This document shows positions 1-9,004 of a stretch of 64,000 bases of DNA, piece by piece; position 1 is the first letter of the stretch; the number at the start of each line of letters is the position of its first letter. The notes under the pieces are model-generated. The model did no database searches, was not told the DNA's origin, and worked only from the letters and a program-made list of their open reading frames with translations. The translations under genes were made by a program, and so were the position numbers. Origin of the DNA: a virus (Duplodnaviria; Caudoviricetes); the IMG/VR virus record IMGVR_UViG_3300028833_000058; one strand, given 5' to 3'.

Positions 1-179
1 TCTGGGTCCCATATAAACTGAATCGTTCTTCTACTCACATTAAATTTCCTCGCACATTCACGTTGAGACATTGTACCTTTTAATGCAGCTATTTCATCCT
101 TCTGTTTATCAGTTAACTTTCTTCTTCTGTCTTTAGAAGTACCAGCTAACTTTACAAGTTTTTCAGATTTATATGGCAT
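1..179 (-). CDS. HTH DNA-binding protein (partial, runs off the window start; not in ORF track)
   Basis: Translated by hand from ATG at 179: MPYKSEKLVKLAGTSKDRRRKLTDKQKDEIAALKGTMSQRECARKFNVSRRTIQFIWDP; SQRECARKFNVSRRTI is an HTH pattern. Confidence 0.75.
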   Translation of the reverse strand, partial: MPYKSEKLVKLAGTSKDRRRKLTDKQKDEIAALKGTMSQRECARKFNVSRRTIQFIWDP

Positions 180-486
180 TGTTTTCCTCCAAGTCTGCTT
201 TTAACTTAATTAACTCTTGATATAATTCACTCAGGGTTAAATTTTTATCATTAGTCATATTAATTCTACCTAAATGTTTATACCAAGTGATTAATAAACC
301 AGTTTCCGTATCTAAAATATAAAAGTCATCATAATGCCTTGTTAAGATAAACTTATAACTCTGGTAACCCTCATATCTTGTCATCAAATCAAAAATTTTA
401 TCATATTGATTATTTGTGAATACTTCATTGAATACGTTACAAAAATCTTGTCTTTCAAAATGGTATTGTTTCATGGTATCAAACAT
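169..486 (-). CDS. hypothetical phage protein
   Basis: ORF with AGGAG RBS, co-oriented in operon. Confidence 0.75.
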   Translation of the reverse strand: MFDTMKQYHFERQDFCNVFNEVFTNNQYDKIFDLMTRYEGYQSYKFILTRHYDDFYILDTETGLLITWYKHLGRINMTNDKNLTLSELYQELIKLKADLEENNAI

Positions 487-498
487 TTTTACATCTCC

Positions 499-1806
499 TT
501 AAAATCCATTCTTTTCTCTATCAACGATGTATGGATAAACTGTATTTTTCATTTTCAGCGGTGGTACAAACTCTGGATGGTCTACAATCAACCAAACTAC
601 AGGATAAGGACACGTTGTTTCTTCATCACCATTCACTGGGTCATAACCATCTGTAAAACAAACAAATACATCTGGCCTATCTTTTTTGTAATATTCGTTC
701 ATGAATTCGAAATTTTTTCTCATGTCATTACCACCGTCAGACATGATTTTAAAATCTTTAATTTTATTCTTATTTGTTTTCGTACATCTGACAAGACTTT
801 CTTTATACACTTCAGAACCGCAACACCAAACGTCAATTGTAAAATTATTAAAAGCAGATAGAATTGTGTACACATGGTCAAGCATAGACTGTAACTCTGC
901 ATTACTAATTGAACCAGAAGTGTCAACAGCTAAAGCTATATGAATACACGGTGATACATTGCAAGAAGGGAGTATTAAACCATTAGCTATACCTGCACGA
1001 GATGGTCTATTCCAAGTGTAATTTTCTTTAATCCAACTTCTTATATATTTTGTCAATGCACTCTTCCAATTGAACGGCAAAGGTTTCATAACATGCTTTA
1101 TAAACCTGTCAATAGATGAATTAGAAACAGAGTTATTCTTACTACCGAAGACTTCTGATATCACTTGTGCTAAATCACTTTTTATCAAATCATCATCAAT
1201 TGAAATATGTTTATCTAAATGAAAACCAAAAGGAGTTGATTCTACTTGTAAAATTATTTTATCAGCGTTTTTTTCAAGTTCGTGATATATCTCTTCTGCT
1301 GTCATTTCTTTATATTTTTCTTCATATAAGGCAGAAGGTAAGATTCTTCCGATAGGTTTATTGGTATAATCTTCTCTATTGTTCACAAGTAAAGAGTTTA
1401 TGGCATAGTCTGTAGCAATATTCCATAGTTTCAACCTTGATTCATTTTCTAAATCGTTGATTCGATATTCATTATGTAAACCTAAATTTTCTGCTCTATC
1501 CATTGTAGCTGTTAACAAGTGCATTAACTCATGACAAAAGATAAATATCATTTCTTCTTTACCAATTGAACAGTTTTTACTTTCACCTGTTAGACTATTA
1601 ACTCTTGTTGGCTTATCATTTAATTCTGCTATAAGTCTATCGTTGATATAGATTGTTTTACCATTAGTACAAGCTATACAATCCCCAAGGTCTTTATAAT
1701 TGTAACCTATTCTAATAAGAAACTGAGCGTATGTAGAGAAGTTTAAAACAAGCTTCAATATCGCATCATCTACTATGTCATGTACTTTTTCGATATCTAA
1801 TGACAT
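499..1806 (-). CDS. HExxH metallopeptidase-like + VWA-like domain protein (DUF2201-type), copy 1
   Basis: CHELMH, WNIATDYAIN, VDTSGS MIDAS, FTDG; directly downstream of an AAA ATPase. Confidence 0.85.
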   Translation of the reverse strand: MSLDIEKVHDIVDDAILKLVLNFSTYAQFLIRIGYNYKDLGDCIACTNGKTIYINDRLIAELNDKPTRVNSLTGESKNCSIGKEEMIFIFCHELMHLLTATMDRAENLGLHNEYRINDLENESRLKLWNIATDYAINSLLVNNREDYTNKPIGRILPSALYEEKYKEMTAEEIYHELEKNADKIILQVESTPFGFHLDKHISIDDDLIKSDLAQVISEVFGSKNNSVSNSSIDRFIKHVMKPLPFNWKSALTKYIRSWIKENYTWNRPSRAGIANGLILPSCNVSPCIHIALAVDTSGSISNAELQSMLDHVYTILSAFNNFTIDVWCCGSEVYKESLVRCTKTNKNKIKDFKIMSDGGNDMRKNFEFMNEYYKKDRPDVFVCFTDGYDPVNGDEETTCPYPVVWLIVDHPEFVPPLKMKNTVYPYIVDREKNGF

Positions 1807-1821
1807 AACATTGTCCTTTCT

Positions 1822-3003
1822 TTAATCCTCGATAGCTTTAGTTAATAACAATACAAGTTCTGGTGCATCTGTCCTTGGGTTAAACAAGTCTAAATTACCT
1901 GAGCAACGTTCAGACCTTGACAACTGAATAAGACAAGAAGCTTTTAATTCTTTAGCTGTCAAATTGTTTAAAGCCTTTACATAATTTAAGATATAGCGTC
2001 TGCAGACTCCATCATCTTTTTCACTGATTATGGCGTGTAAACAAGACATTTGTACTGCCCAAAACTGGTCTTGTGATTCGTTTCTAAAAGGTTTACCATC
2101 AACAAGAATTTCATGCCAATCTTGATATTTTTCTTTGTTCTTGATATATTCAAAAAACTTGGAGCTTAAAGCAGAACCTAATCGACCAGTACAATAAGCT
2201 TGCTTTTCTTGCATTGTGAATTTATCATTAGGTAAATTTAATACTTTACCAACAACTTCCCAAGACCTTGGAGTAACAAATACATCTGTAAACAATGTAT
2301 CTTTTAAACTACCAACCTTATTTTCCATGTTAATTTTATCAAATAATAAGGCAGTGTCTTGAGTTTTTAGAAATGACATAACGTCTAAATTACCGTCATT
2401 GTTCATTTCATAATTTAACCAAGAGTTAAAGTCTACCTTAATATTAAAATGACTAAATCTATTTGCCAAAGGTATACTAAAATCAGATACAGTTGCATTG
2501 AAAGCAGGTGGATTAGAAGATGCTATGATTAAATAATTATCTGGTACTTTATAATCACCTAATCTTCTATCTTGGATAAGTTGAAAGGCAGCGTTCAATA
2601 TGGCTGGCTGTCCTTGGTTCATCTCATCAAGGTGAATTACACCACCAGAAAATCTACCATCTTCTGGCCAAACAGAAGGAATACACCAAACTGTTCTCAT
2701 TTGCCCATCCATTCGAGTAGGAAGAGGGACTCCGACTAAATCTACTGGTTCCTTCATAGATAAACGTATATCACAAATGTCTGGATTCCAATTTTTATCT
2801 GATTTACAACGTTGGTTATTCCATTGTATTACAGCTTGACTCTTACCAAACCCAGGTCCGCTCCACTGCATAATCGAATCGTGTATTTCATAAGCAATAT
2901 CATACATACGCTTGATACCAACATTAATAATTTTACCCGAATCGTTAACAACTGGGTCAATGGTAAATTCTGGCATTAAAAATTTTGAAGTTATATCAGA
3001 CAT
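1822..3003 (-). CDS. MoxR-like/AAA_5 AAA+ ATPase, copy 1
   Basis: Walker A GPGFGKS, Walker B IHLDEMN, LANRF arginine finger, TPRSW sensor II. Confidence 0.88.
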   Translation of the reverse strand: MSDITSKFLMPEFTIDPVVNDSGKIINVGIKRMYDIAYEIHDSIMQWSGPGFGKSQAVIQWNNQRCKSDKNWNPDICDIRLSMKEPVDLVGVPLPTRMDGQMRTVWCIPSVWPEDGRFSGGVIHLDEMNQGQPAILNAAFQLIQDRRLGDYKVPDNYLIIASSNPPAFNATVSDFSIPLANRFSHFNIKVDFNSWLNYEMNNDGNLDVMSFLKTQDTALLFDKINMENKVGSLKDTLFTDVFVTPRSWEVVGKVLNLPNDKFTMQEKQAYCTGRLGSALSSKFFEYIKNKEKYQDWHEILVDGKPFRNESQDQFWAVQMSCLHAIISEKDDGVCRRYILNYVKALNNLTAKELKASCLIQLSRSERCSGNLDLFNPRTDAPELVLLLTKAIED

Positions 3004-3092
3004 TTAGTTTTCCTTTCTTTCATCTATCAGCGTTCTATTGTTGGCAAAACCACAATATACAATTTACTTCATAGGCTTGTTAATATGTGAGT

Positions 3093-3121
3093 ATTATACT
3101 CCCATATTATAGAAAAGTCAA
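3093..3121 (-). promoter_or_regulatory. sigma70-type promoter TTGACT-N17-TATAAT
   Basis: Near-consensus, upstream of AAA gene. Confidence 0.7.
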
Positions 3122-3128
3122 GTAAAAA

Positions 3129-3491
3129 TTAAATAGCTTGGTTGATTTTTAATAAAGTATATGTTTCCAAAGGGTTAACTCTTTGTTCTGGATTATCAAA
3201 TTCCATTTTAACTCTATAGGTATACAATCTTTGGTTAATTAAGTTAAACCCATATTGTTTATTCAAATGTTCTTTTATGATGTCAAACACTTCTTGTTTT
3301 TCGTTTTGTTTTATTCTAACCCATAATAAAAAATTCAGTCTTGCACCTTGTGTATTCACTATCACTTGAAAAGAGATGTCATGATACCCATTTATAAAGC
3401 CATATGCGTTAAAAACTTTTGTTATTTGTTTTAACACATCTTCACGTAATCCATGACTTATTTCACTAAGTAACTTTTCATTTAAATCCAT
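3129..3491 (-). CDS. hypothetical protein
   Basis: ORF with RBS and upstream promoter-like motif. Confidence 0.7.
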   Translation of the reverse strand: MDLNEKLLSEISHGLREDVLKQITKVFNAYGFINGYHDISFQVIVNTQGARLNFLLWVRIKQNEKQEVFDIIKEHLNKQYGFNLINQRLYTYRVKMEFDNPEQRVNPLETYTLLKINQAI

Positions 3492-3603
3492 GTTACATCC
3501 CTTTCTTCAAAATGTTTATAACAAGTTATCATAAATGTAAAGTTAAATATAAAAAAATAAGTGCCATTATTGACACTTATTACAGGTTCGCAACCATGAA
3601 CTT

Positions 3604-3906
3604 TTAGAATTTAAATAACTTTGTAATCTTTTCCCAAGTCGTTTTCTTTGGTTGTGGTAGCATCTTCTTTTCATAACATTCTACTTCTAATTCAGTAGGA
3701 AGATGGTCTTTACCAAAGATTTTGTAAAGCTCTGGATATTTTCTTCTGTCAAATATACGACCAGGATAATACTTTATATAACCTTCTGGAACAGCCCCAA
3801 ATACTTCTTTTGTGGTTCCGATTATTTCGGTATCTTCTACTGGGATACCATTTTTAAATACATCATCTCTTTTTCGAGCTTTAATAACTCTTACTAAATA
3901 AGACAT
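3604..3906 (-). CDS. small protein with tail-collar-like motif
   Basis: PEGYIKYYPGRIFDRRKYPELYKIFG resembles phage tail collar domain; followed by terminator hairpin (~3557-3580). Confidence 0.55.
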   Translation of the reverse strand: MSYLVRVIKARKRDDVFKNGIPVEDTEIIGTTKEVFGAVPEGYIKYYPGRIFDRRKYPELYKIFGKDHLPTELEVECYEKKMLPQPKKTTWEKITKLFKF

Positions 3907-4001
3907 GGCTAAACTCTTTTGTTCATTAGTAACTGATATATCGCTTACTATAAGAACTTTTATTTTTTAGAGTTTAGCACACGTCTTTGCCTTAAATTAG
4001 A

Positions 4002-4418
4002 CTATTCGAAGTCAGCAAAATTGATTGTGGCTCTACGATTCTTAGCCCATGCTTCTTCGTTATGACCATCGTCTACTGGGTTATCTTTACCATAAGATAC
4101 TGTTTCGATTCTATTGCCATCTACACCTAGTGTTTGTAAATAGTCTGATACAGCATTAGCTCTACGTTCACCAAGACCTAAGTTGTATTCACGAGTTCCA
4201 CGTTCATCACAATAACCAGATACAACAACTAAGTTGTCATCATCTTTAATATCCTTAGCTTGTGCTTCAATTGTTGCAACGGCTTCTGGTTTCAATACTG
4301 AACTATCGAAATCAAAATAAACTGTATCTTCAACCTTTGCACTATCACAATTAGGATTAAAAATTGCACAACCAGACAAAGAAGTCATGATTGCAAATAA
4401 AGTTAAAAGTTTTTTCAT
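4002..4418 (-). CDS. pal: peptidoglycan-associated lipoprotein (Pal/OmpA family)
   Basis: Signal peptide with lipobox LSGC; VYFDFDSS, GYCDERGTREYNLGLGERRANAV, VSYGK, AWAKNRRA. Confidence 0.9.
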   Translation of the reverse strand: MKKLLTLFAIMTSLSGCAIFNPNCDSAKVEDTVYFDFDSSVLKPEAVATIEAQAKDIKDDDNLVVVSGYCDERGTREYNLGLGERRANAVSDYLQTLGVDGNRIETVSYGKDNPVDDGHNEEAWAKNRRATINFADFE

Positions 4419-4504
4419 ATTAAAATCTCCATGAATATTTTATTAACAAAAACAAGATAAACTTACAACAATAAAATGTTAAAGTCAATTTTAATGTTTT
4501 CCAC

Positions 4505-4520
4505 TAGTTCTATATAAATA
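4505..4520 (+). promoter_or_regulatory. putative late promoter TAGTTCTATATAAATA
   Basis: Motif recurs upstream of the capsid gene and other + strand late genes; contains T4-like TATAAATA. Confidence 0.65.
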
Positions 4521-4545
4521 TAATGTCAAAAAAAAGGTGTAAGTT

Positions 4546-5094
4546 ATGTCTAAGTTTCGGAATTTAATAGAAAATATACTAAAAGAAAAATTGAATTTCT
4601 TAAAAGAAAATAATAATCAAGTGTATCGTACTTATGCAGATGGTCAATATTTTAACGATATAACAGGTAATCTTATGAATAAGCCACGTAGTGGTTTATG
4701 GGGTTGTGTAGACGACAGTTGGAAAGAATGGTGTGACGATAATGACTTTCATTGCGCAAAAGGTTATTACGAGTGGATTCTTAAACCAGGTACAAAAGTT
4801 TTCAAGATAAACAATGTAGATGATTTCATATATCTGTTAAAAAATTATCCAACAAATGATTACGATGGCAAATGTTTTATAGATTTCATGAAAGTGGCTA
4901 AAGATTATGATGCTGTAGAGTTAACACAAGAAGGTAATTCTCAGTTACATTTTAGTATTGAAACAGATGATTCAGAATTACAAGACCCTAAATACATGAT
5001 ATCCTTAACGATGTCATTAAACGCTTGGGATGTACCTAGTATATGTGTATTTAACCCAAGCAAAACTGTCGAAGTCATCAATACTAATTTCTAA
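4546..5094 (+). CDS. hypothetical late protein, possibly head-internal; possible ADP-ribosyltransferase-like fold
   Basis: N-terminus MSKFRNLIENILKE; KP-GLW, W-WC, IDF, YDAVEL and AWDV-S motifs. Confidence 0.6.
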   Translation: MSKFRNLIENILKEKLNFLKENNNQVYRTYADGQYFNDITGNLMNKPRSGLWGCVDDSWKEWCDDNDFHCAKGYYEWILKPGTKVFKINNVDDFIYLLKNYPTNDYDGKCFIDFMKVAKDYDAVELTQEGNSQLHFSIETDDSELQDPKYMISLTMSLNAWDVPSICVFNPSKTVEVINTNF

Positions 5095-5125
5095 TTTGAT
5101 AGACATTTAGTTTCTTTGTTTAAAA

Positions 5126-5575
5126 TTAGTAATTGTTATTTATTGTAAATATTTTTTCTCTTTCAAATACAGTATGATTTCCGTCTCCTGCTATATCTCG
5201 ATAAACCCATCCTTCGCTGTCATACGTAAATTTCCAACCCTCTTTTTCTAATTGCTCAATAATTGTACTACTTCTGGCTATATCTTCAACAGTGTCCTTT
5301 ATAAAGGAATTCCAGTTATCAGCAAATTCTGTAGCTTCTTTCTCGCTGTCAAAATAAAAAGTTTCACCAAGTCCATTGACAGCAACCCATTCACCTTTTT
5401 TGTCCGAAAAAAACACGTTTGGTCTTTTCTCTATCATGTATAACCATTCCTTGTGAGGTATATTATTTTCGGGAGCAATCAATCCTGGCTGCTCTGTATA
5501 AACATCCCATTCGTCTAAATCTGGATATCTTTTGCGACATTCTTCTATATGTTTTAATAAATCTTTAACTTTCAT
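5126..5575 (-). CDS. hypothetical protein
   Basis: ORF with GAAAGGA RBS and early-type promoter. Confidence 0.75.
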   Translation of the reverse strand: MKVKDLLKHIEECRKRYPDLDEWDVYTEQPGLIAPENNIPHKEWLYMIEKRPNVFFSDKKGEWVAVNGLGETFYFDSEKEATEFADNWNSFIKDTVEDIARSSTIIEQLEKEGWKFTYDSEGWVYRDIAGDGNHTVFEREKIFTINNNY

Positions 5576-5660
5576 AGATTTCCTTTCAATATTTAGTTCT
5601 ATGTTTATATAGTATCACACGAATTAAAAAAGTAAAGTAAATTTTCGAAAAGGTGCACAG

Positions 5661-6017
5661 ATGAGTCAATTCAGAACAATTGTAGAAAGCATAATCGATG
5701 AAGCAAATTCAAAAGCCAGTATCAAAAACAAAATCTATAAAGCAGTTACTCCATTTACAAATCATATTTACAGAGATGCTTACTGGCAAGGTTATCGTGA
5801 TGTATTGAAAGCCATAGAAGACCTTGGTTTTGATGTTATATCAGGACCATCTAACGACCAATATCACAGAAGTGGTTATACTTCAGATGATAAATCAAAA
5901 CAATGGGATTTAGATATACAAAAAGATGGTATAACAATTTTAAATGGACACATTAACACATATATCGCTAGTGATAGCAATGGCGAGTATTACGATTTAA
6001 CAGTTACACTTTGGTAA
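5661..6017 (+). CDS. hypothetical late protein, possibly head-internal
   Basis: N-terminus MSQFRTIVESIIDEA; TAGTTCTA motif at 5594. Confidence 0.7.
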   Translation: MSQFRTIVESIIDEANSKASIKNKIYKAVTPFTNHIYRDAYWQGYRDVLKAIEDLGFDVISGPSNDQYHRSGYTSDDKSKQWDLDIQKDGITILNGHINTYIASDSNGEYYDLTVTLW

Positions 6018-6050
6018 AAACATAAGTGAATCCATAACGAAGTAGCCTAA

Positions 6051-6608
6051 CTATAACTCTTCTCTTGCAAACAGTTCATCTATCGATGGTTCATCGTCAG
6101 TATCGTGTATAATGTCACATATTGTTTCCCAATCGATGCCGTACTTTTTAGATAGGTTCTTTATGACCTCTGCTGTATCTGTTATAAACTCGGATTGAAT
6201 TTGTCTTATCAATTTCTTATAATCGGTATCGATTGTATCTTCTACAAAATTATCGTCAACGTTACCGTTCTTTTTTCTATTAGCCTTGATAGGTTTATAC
6301 TTACACCACTGTAAATTTTCTACTCTGTTGTCACTCTTATCGCCATTTATGTGATTGACCCATGTGTAGTTATGTGGATTAGGAACAAAAGCTTGTGCTA
6401 CTAACACATCTACAAATCTTTTATCTCTTACTCCATGCATCCTGAATTCAACACTACCACGTGCACTTGTAAAATGATATTCAGTAAAGATTTTACCTGT
6501 ACTAGATTTTCTGACTCTACCTTTGTTACTTATCTCATATAAACCATTGTAATCATTGATAGTTTTCCAAATTTCGTCTTCAAAATGTTGTTCAATATTC
6601 ATTATCAA
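6051..6608 (-). CDS. NUMOD4 + HNH endonuclease
   Basis: EIWKTINDYNGLYEISNKGRVR (NUMOD4); LVAQAFVPNP..VNHINGDKSDNRVENLQW (HNH). Confidence 0.85.
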   Translation of the reverse strand: MIMNIEQHFEDEIWKTINDYNGLYEISNKGRVRKSSTGKIFTEYHFTSARGSVEFRMHGVRDKRFVDVLVAQAFVPNPHNYTWVNHINGDKSDNRVENLQWCKYKPIKANRKKNGNVDDNFVEDTIDTDYKKLIRQIQSEFITDTAEVIKNLSKKYGIDWETICDIIHDTDDEPSIDELFAREEL

Positions 6609-6694
6609 CCCTCCGATAACAATTTATTATTTACGGATATCGTATTGTATAGAAAAAACTAAGTAAAGTTAAAAGTTACAAATTTGAACATTTA

Positions 6695-6976
6695 TCAACA
6701 ACTAGAATCTGACCGTTCTTTATCTAATATCTTATTTAAACAGTCTACTTGAGCTTTCGATAGCCAGCCTTTTTCATTAAGACATTTTCTACAACTTTCA
6801 GTAAAGTAATTACAGCCATATTTTTCTACTTCTTCTAAAAGTTTAGTACATTTTTCTTTATAGTTACCGTCTGGATGAGGTAACCAACGAATGAACTTAC
6901 CATTTTCGTCAACTTCTTTTGCATAATGCGGTCCAGATTCCATTTTAATTATCGGCATGCTCTTTTTCTCTTTCAA
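6695..6976 (-). CDS. hypothetical protein
   Basis: ORF in operon. Confidence 0.65.
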   Translation of the reverse strand: MKEKKSMPIIKMESGPHYAKEVDENGKFIRWLPHPDGNYKEKCTKLLEEVEKYGCNYFTESCRKCLNEKGWLSKAQVDCLNKILDKERSDSSC

Positions 6977-6982
6977 TTTCCT

Positions 6983-7579
6983 CTATACTCTAGGTTTATA
7001 ATGTTCATCATATCTTTCATGTGTGTCAATTTGTATATCAAAAACATCGCCACAAATCTTTTTAATCTCTTCTTTACGTTCTTCTGGTATACTAAACGTA
7101 TCACATGTATCTTCAAGTTTATCAAGGTCTTTGTCTTTAAGATTATGTTTGTAATTGATTAAGAATAAACTTTGTATTCCTCTGCATGTATAATTACTAA
7201 TGTTATCAAAAGTAGCGTGTTCTCTACCAAACGCTCCAGTTCCTAAATCCATCTCTTCGGCCAATCTCATTACTTTATGATAACGAATCCAACAAACGTA
7301 TTTGAACTCTTTATCTCCCTTTTCGACTGCTTTTTCGTAATCCATATATACGAAATCAATAAGAGCACCAATAGCCATTGAACAAACTACTGTATTTTTA
7401 CACAAGTCGTTTAGCAAATGCATTATCTTGTAATCTTTATCACTAGAATATTCTGATATCACGTTGTAATCTGATACATCATCGTTAAGTTCTTTTGAAC
7501 CCCATTTTAACATACAGTTCCTAGCACCTTTAATCAAATTAGTTATTGGTTGTTCTAATCTTAATATATCACCCATCAC
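6983..7579 (-). CDS. hypothetical protein
   Basis: ORF with GAAAGGA RBS. Confidence 0.75.
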   Translation of the reverse strand: MMGDILRLEQPITNLIKGARNCMLKWGSKELNDDVSDYNVISEYSSDKDYKIMHLLNDLCKNTVVCSMAIGALIDFVYMDYEKAVEKGDKEFKYVCWIRYHKVMRLAEEMDLGTGAFGREHATFDNISNYTCRGIQSLFLINYKHNLKDKDLDKLEDTCDTFSIPEERKEEIKKICGDVFDIQIDTHERYDEHYKPRV

Positions 7580-7613
7580 AAATTCCTTTCAACTAACATG
7601 AAAAACGACTATG

Positions 7614-8144
7614 TTATTTTTCTTTTTTTTCAATTTTACATTCTTTACATTTCAACGTGATAGATATACTGTCACCTTGCCATCTAAATGCACTGTTTCC
7701 AATTATTTTAACGTATTCAAAGTCTTCAGTGAATAATATCTTAACAGTTCCAGTAAATTCACCTGTACAACGTCTTCCATCAGTATAAAAATCTATAATA
7801 CGGCTTAAATCTTCCCAATTGTCATGATATTTTTCATATAACATCCAACAATCACAAAAACTAGACTTTTCGATTTTACCACCTTTTTTAATAATTCCCC
7901 ATCTACGTTGTATTTCATTACAAAGATAATAAGCAGGTTCTTCGTCTTTTTTGTCAACATAATGTAACGTACCTGACACTAACCTAATTGCTTTTACAAT
8001 CTTAGGTTCACCATCAATATTAATCGACACATTCTTTTCTGATTCGATTTTGTCTGCGTTGATAGAAATAGAACCATCTTCAATCCACTTACCATCAACA
8101 TTTGAATATTCTTTATATTTGTCCATAGAATTACACCCTTTCAC
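7614..8144 (-). CDS. hypothetical protein
   Basis: ORF with early-type promoter at ~8170-8200. Confidence 0.7.
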   Translation of the reverse strand: MKGCNSMDKYKEYSNVDGKWIEDGSISINADKIESEKNVSINIDGEPKIVKAIRLVSGTLHYVDKKDEEPAYYLCNEIQRRWGIIKKGGKIEKSSFCDCWMLYEKYHDNWEDLSRIIDFYTDGRRCTGEFTGTVKILFTEDFEYVKIIGNSAFRWQGDSISITLKCKECKIEKKEK

Positions 8145-8330
8145 TTGTTAATTTAGTGACCATGTGTCTATTATACAGTAAAATATAAAAAAGTAAAGTG
8201 AAAAATTGTTAGTTGTGTTCTTTTTCCCACTTATAAATATACATACCTTTTAGTACGTAAAGCAACTGTCTCAATGTATAGACAAATAGACAAAAAATAA
8301 AAAAGATAAATTCACGCTCTATCTTTTCCT

Positions 8331-8633
8331 TTAATCCTCCATGTTATCAAAATCAAATTCATTCTCACTATCTAATACATAAAACTCTCTACCATTACTC
8401 ATATAGACTTTAATTATCCATTCGTGTATAAATTTTCCACCATCTTCAATTGTTCCATAAAAAGGTATAAGCGCACTAATATCACTCTTTCGTATATGTA
8501 CTTCATTAAGTTTATGATATCCATCTTCACATAAACACGTATCGGCAATGAAATATACTTCACCATTATTTTCACTTGGATTACATTGAGGAATATAGTT
8601 ATAACCCCAAACAAATTCTTCATGATTTAACAT
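8331..8633 (-). CDS. hypothetical protein
   Basis: ORF with AGGAG RBS and downstream terminator. Confidence 0.7.
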   Translation of the reverse strand: MLNHEEFVWGYNYIPQCNPSENNGEVYFIADTCLCEDGYHKLNEVHIRKSDISALIPFYGTIEDGGKFIHEWIIKVYMSNGREFYVLDSENEFDFDNMED

Positions 8634-8759
8634 ATCAACTTACTCCTATTGCTAAAGATTAACTCTAGTCATCTTCATAACAGAAATAACTCTAATAGTA
8701 AAATCTAAAAAACTTATCCACATTTAATTCAAAAACATAAAGAAAATTTCATAACTAAA

Positions 8760-8788
8760 TAGTTCTACAAAATAGTTCTACATAAATA
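8760..8788 (+). promoter_or_regulatory. tandem putative late promoters (TAGTTCTACAAAATA / TAGTTCTACATAAATA)
   Basis: Two overlapping copies upstream of capsid gene. Confidence 0.7.
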
Positions 8789-9004
8789 CATAACAATGAA
8801 CATTATGACTATTCTGGAGTTCTTTGGCTAATCTGTGACAGATATTCACGAAACAGCCGTTATATATAAGAGAAACATAAACATTATATATAAAAAACCA
8901 AAAAAGAGCGGATACATAGGGACTTTATGAGAAATAGACAGCTTGTTTAGAACCTATTGCTCAAAATAAACGTTAAAATATATAATATAAAGGAAAATAA
9001 ACTA

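Noticed and set aside
406-1355. Antisense shadow ORFs (also 9599, 16931, 24597, 28615, 32590, 39343, 54367, 58234, 62431-63745)
   Set aside because: They overlap well-supported genes on the opposite strand and lack RBS
7596-7616. Second stop-adjacent anti-start sequence (TAA-CATAGTCGTT)
   Set aside because: Explained equally well by a local TAACAT/ATGTTA hairpin; too short to call
8714-8722. Perfect DnaA box TTATCCACA upstream of the capsid promoter
   Set aside because: Single copy; roughly one is expected by chance in 64 kb of this composition
8957-9004. TTG start extending the capsid protein
   Set aside because: RBS AAGGA precedes ATG 9005
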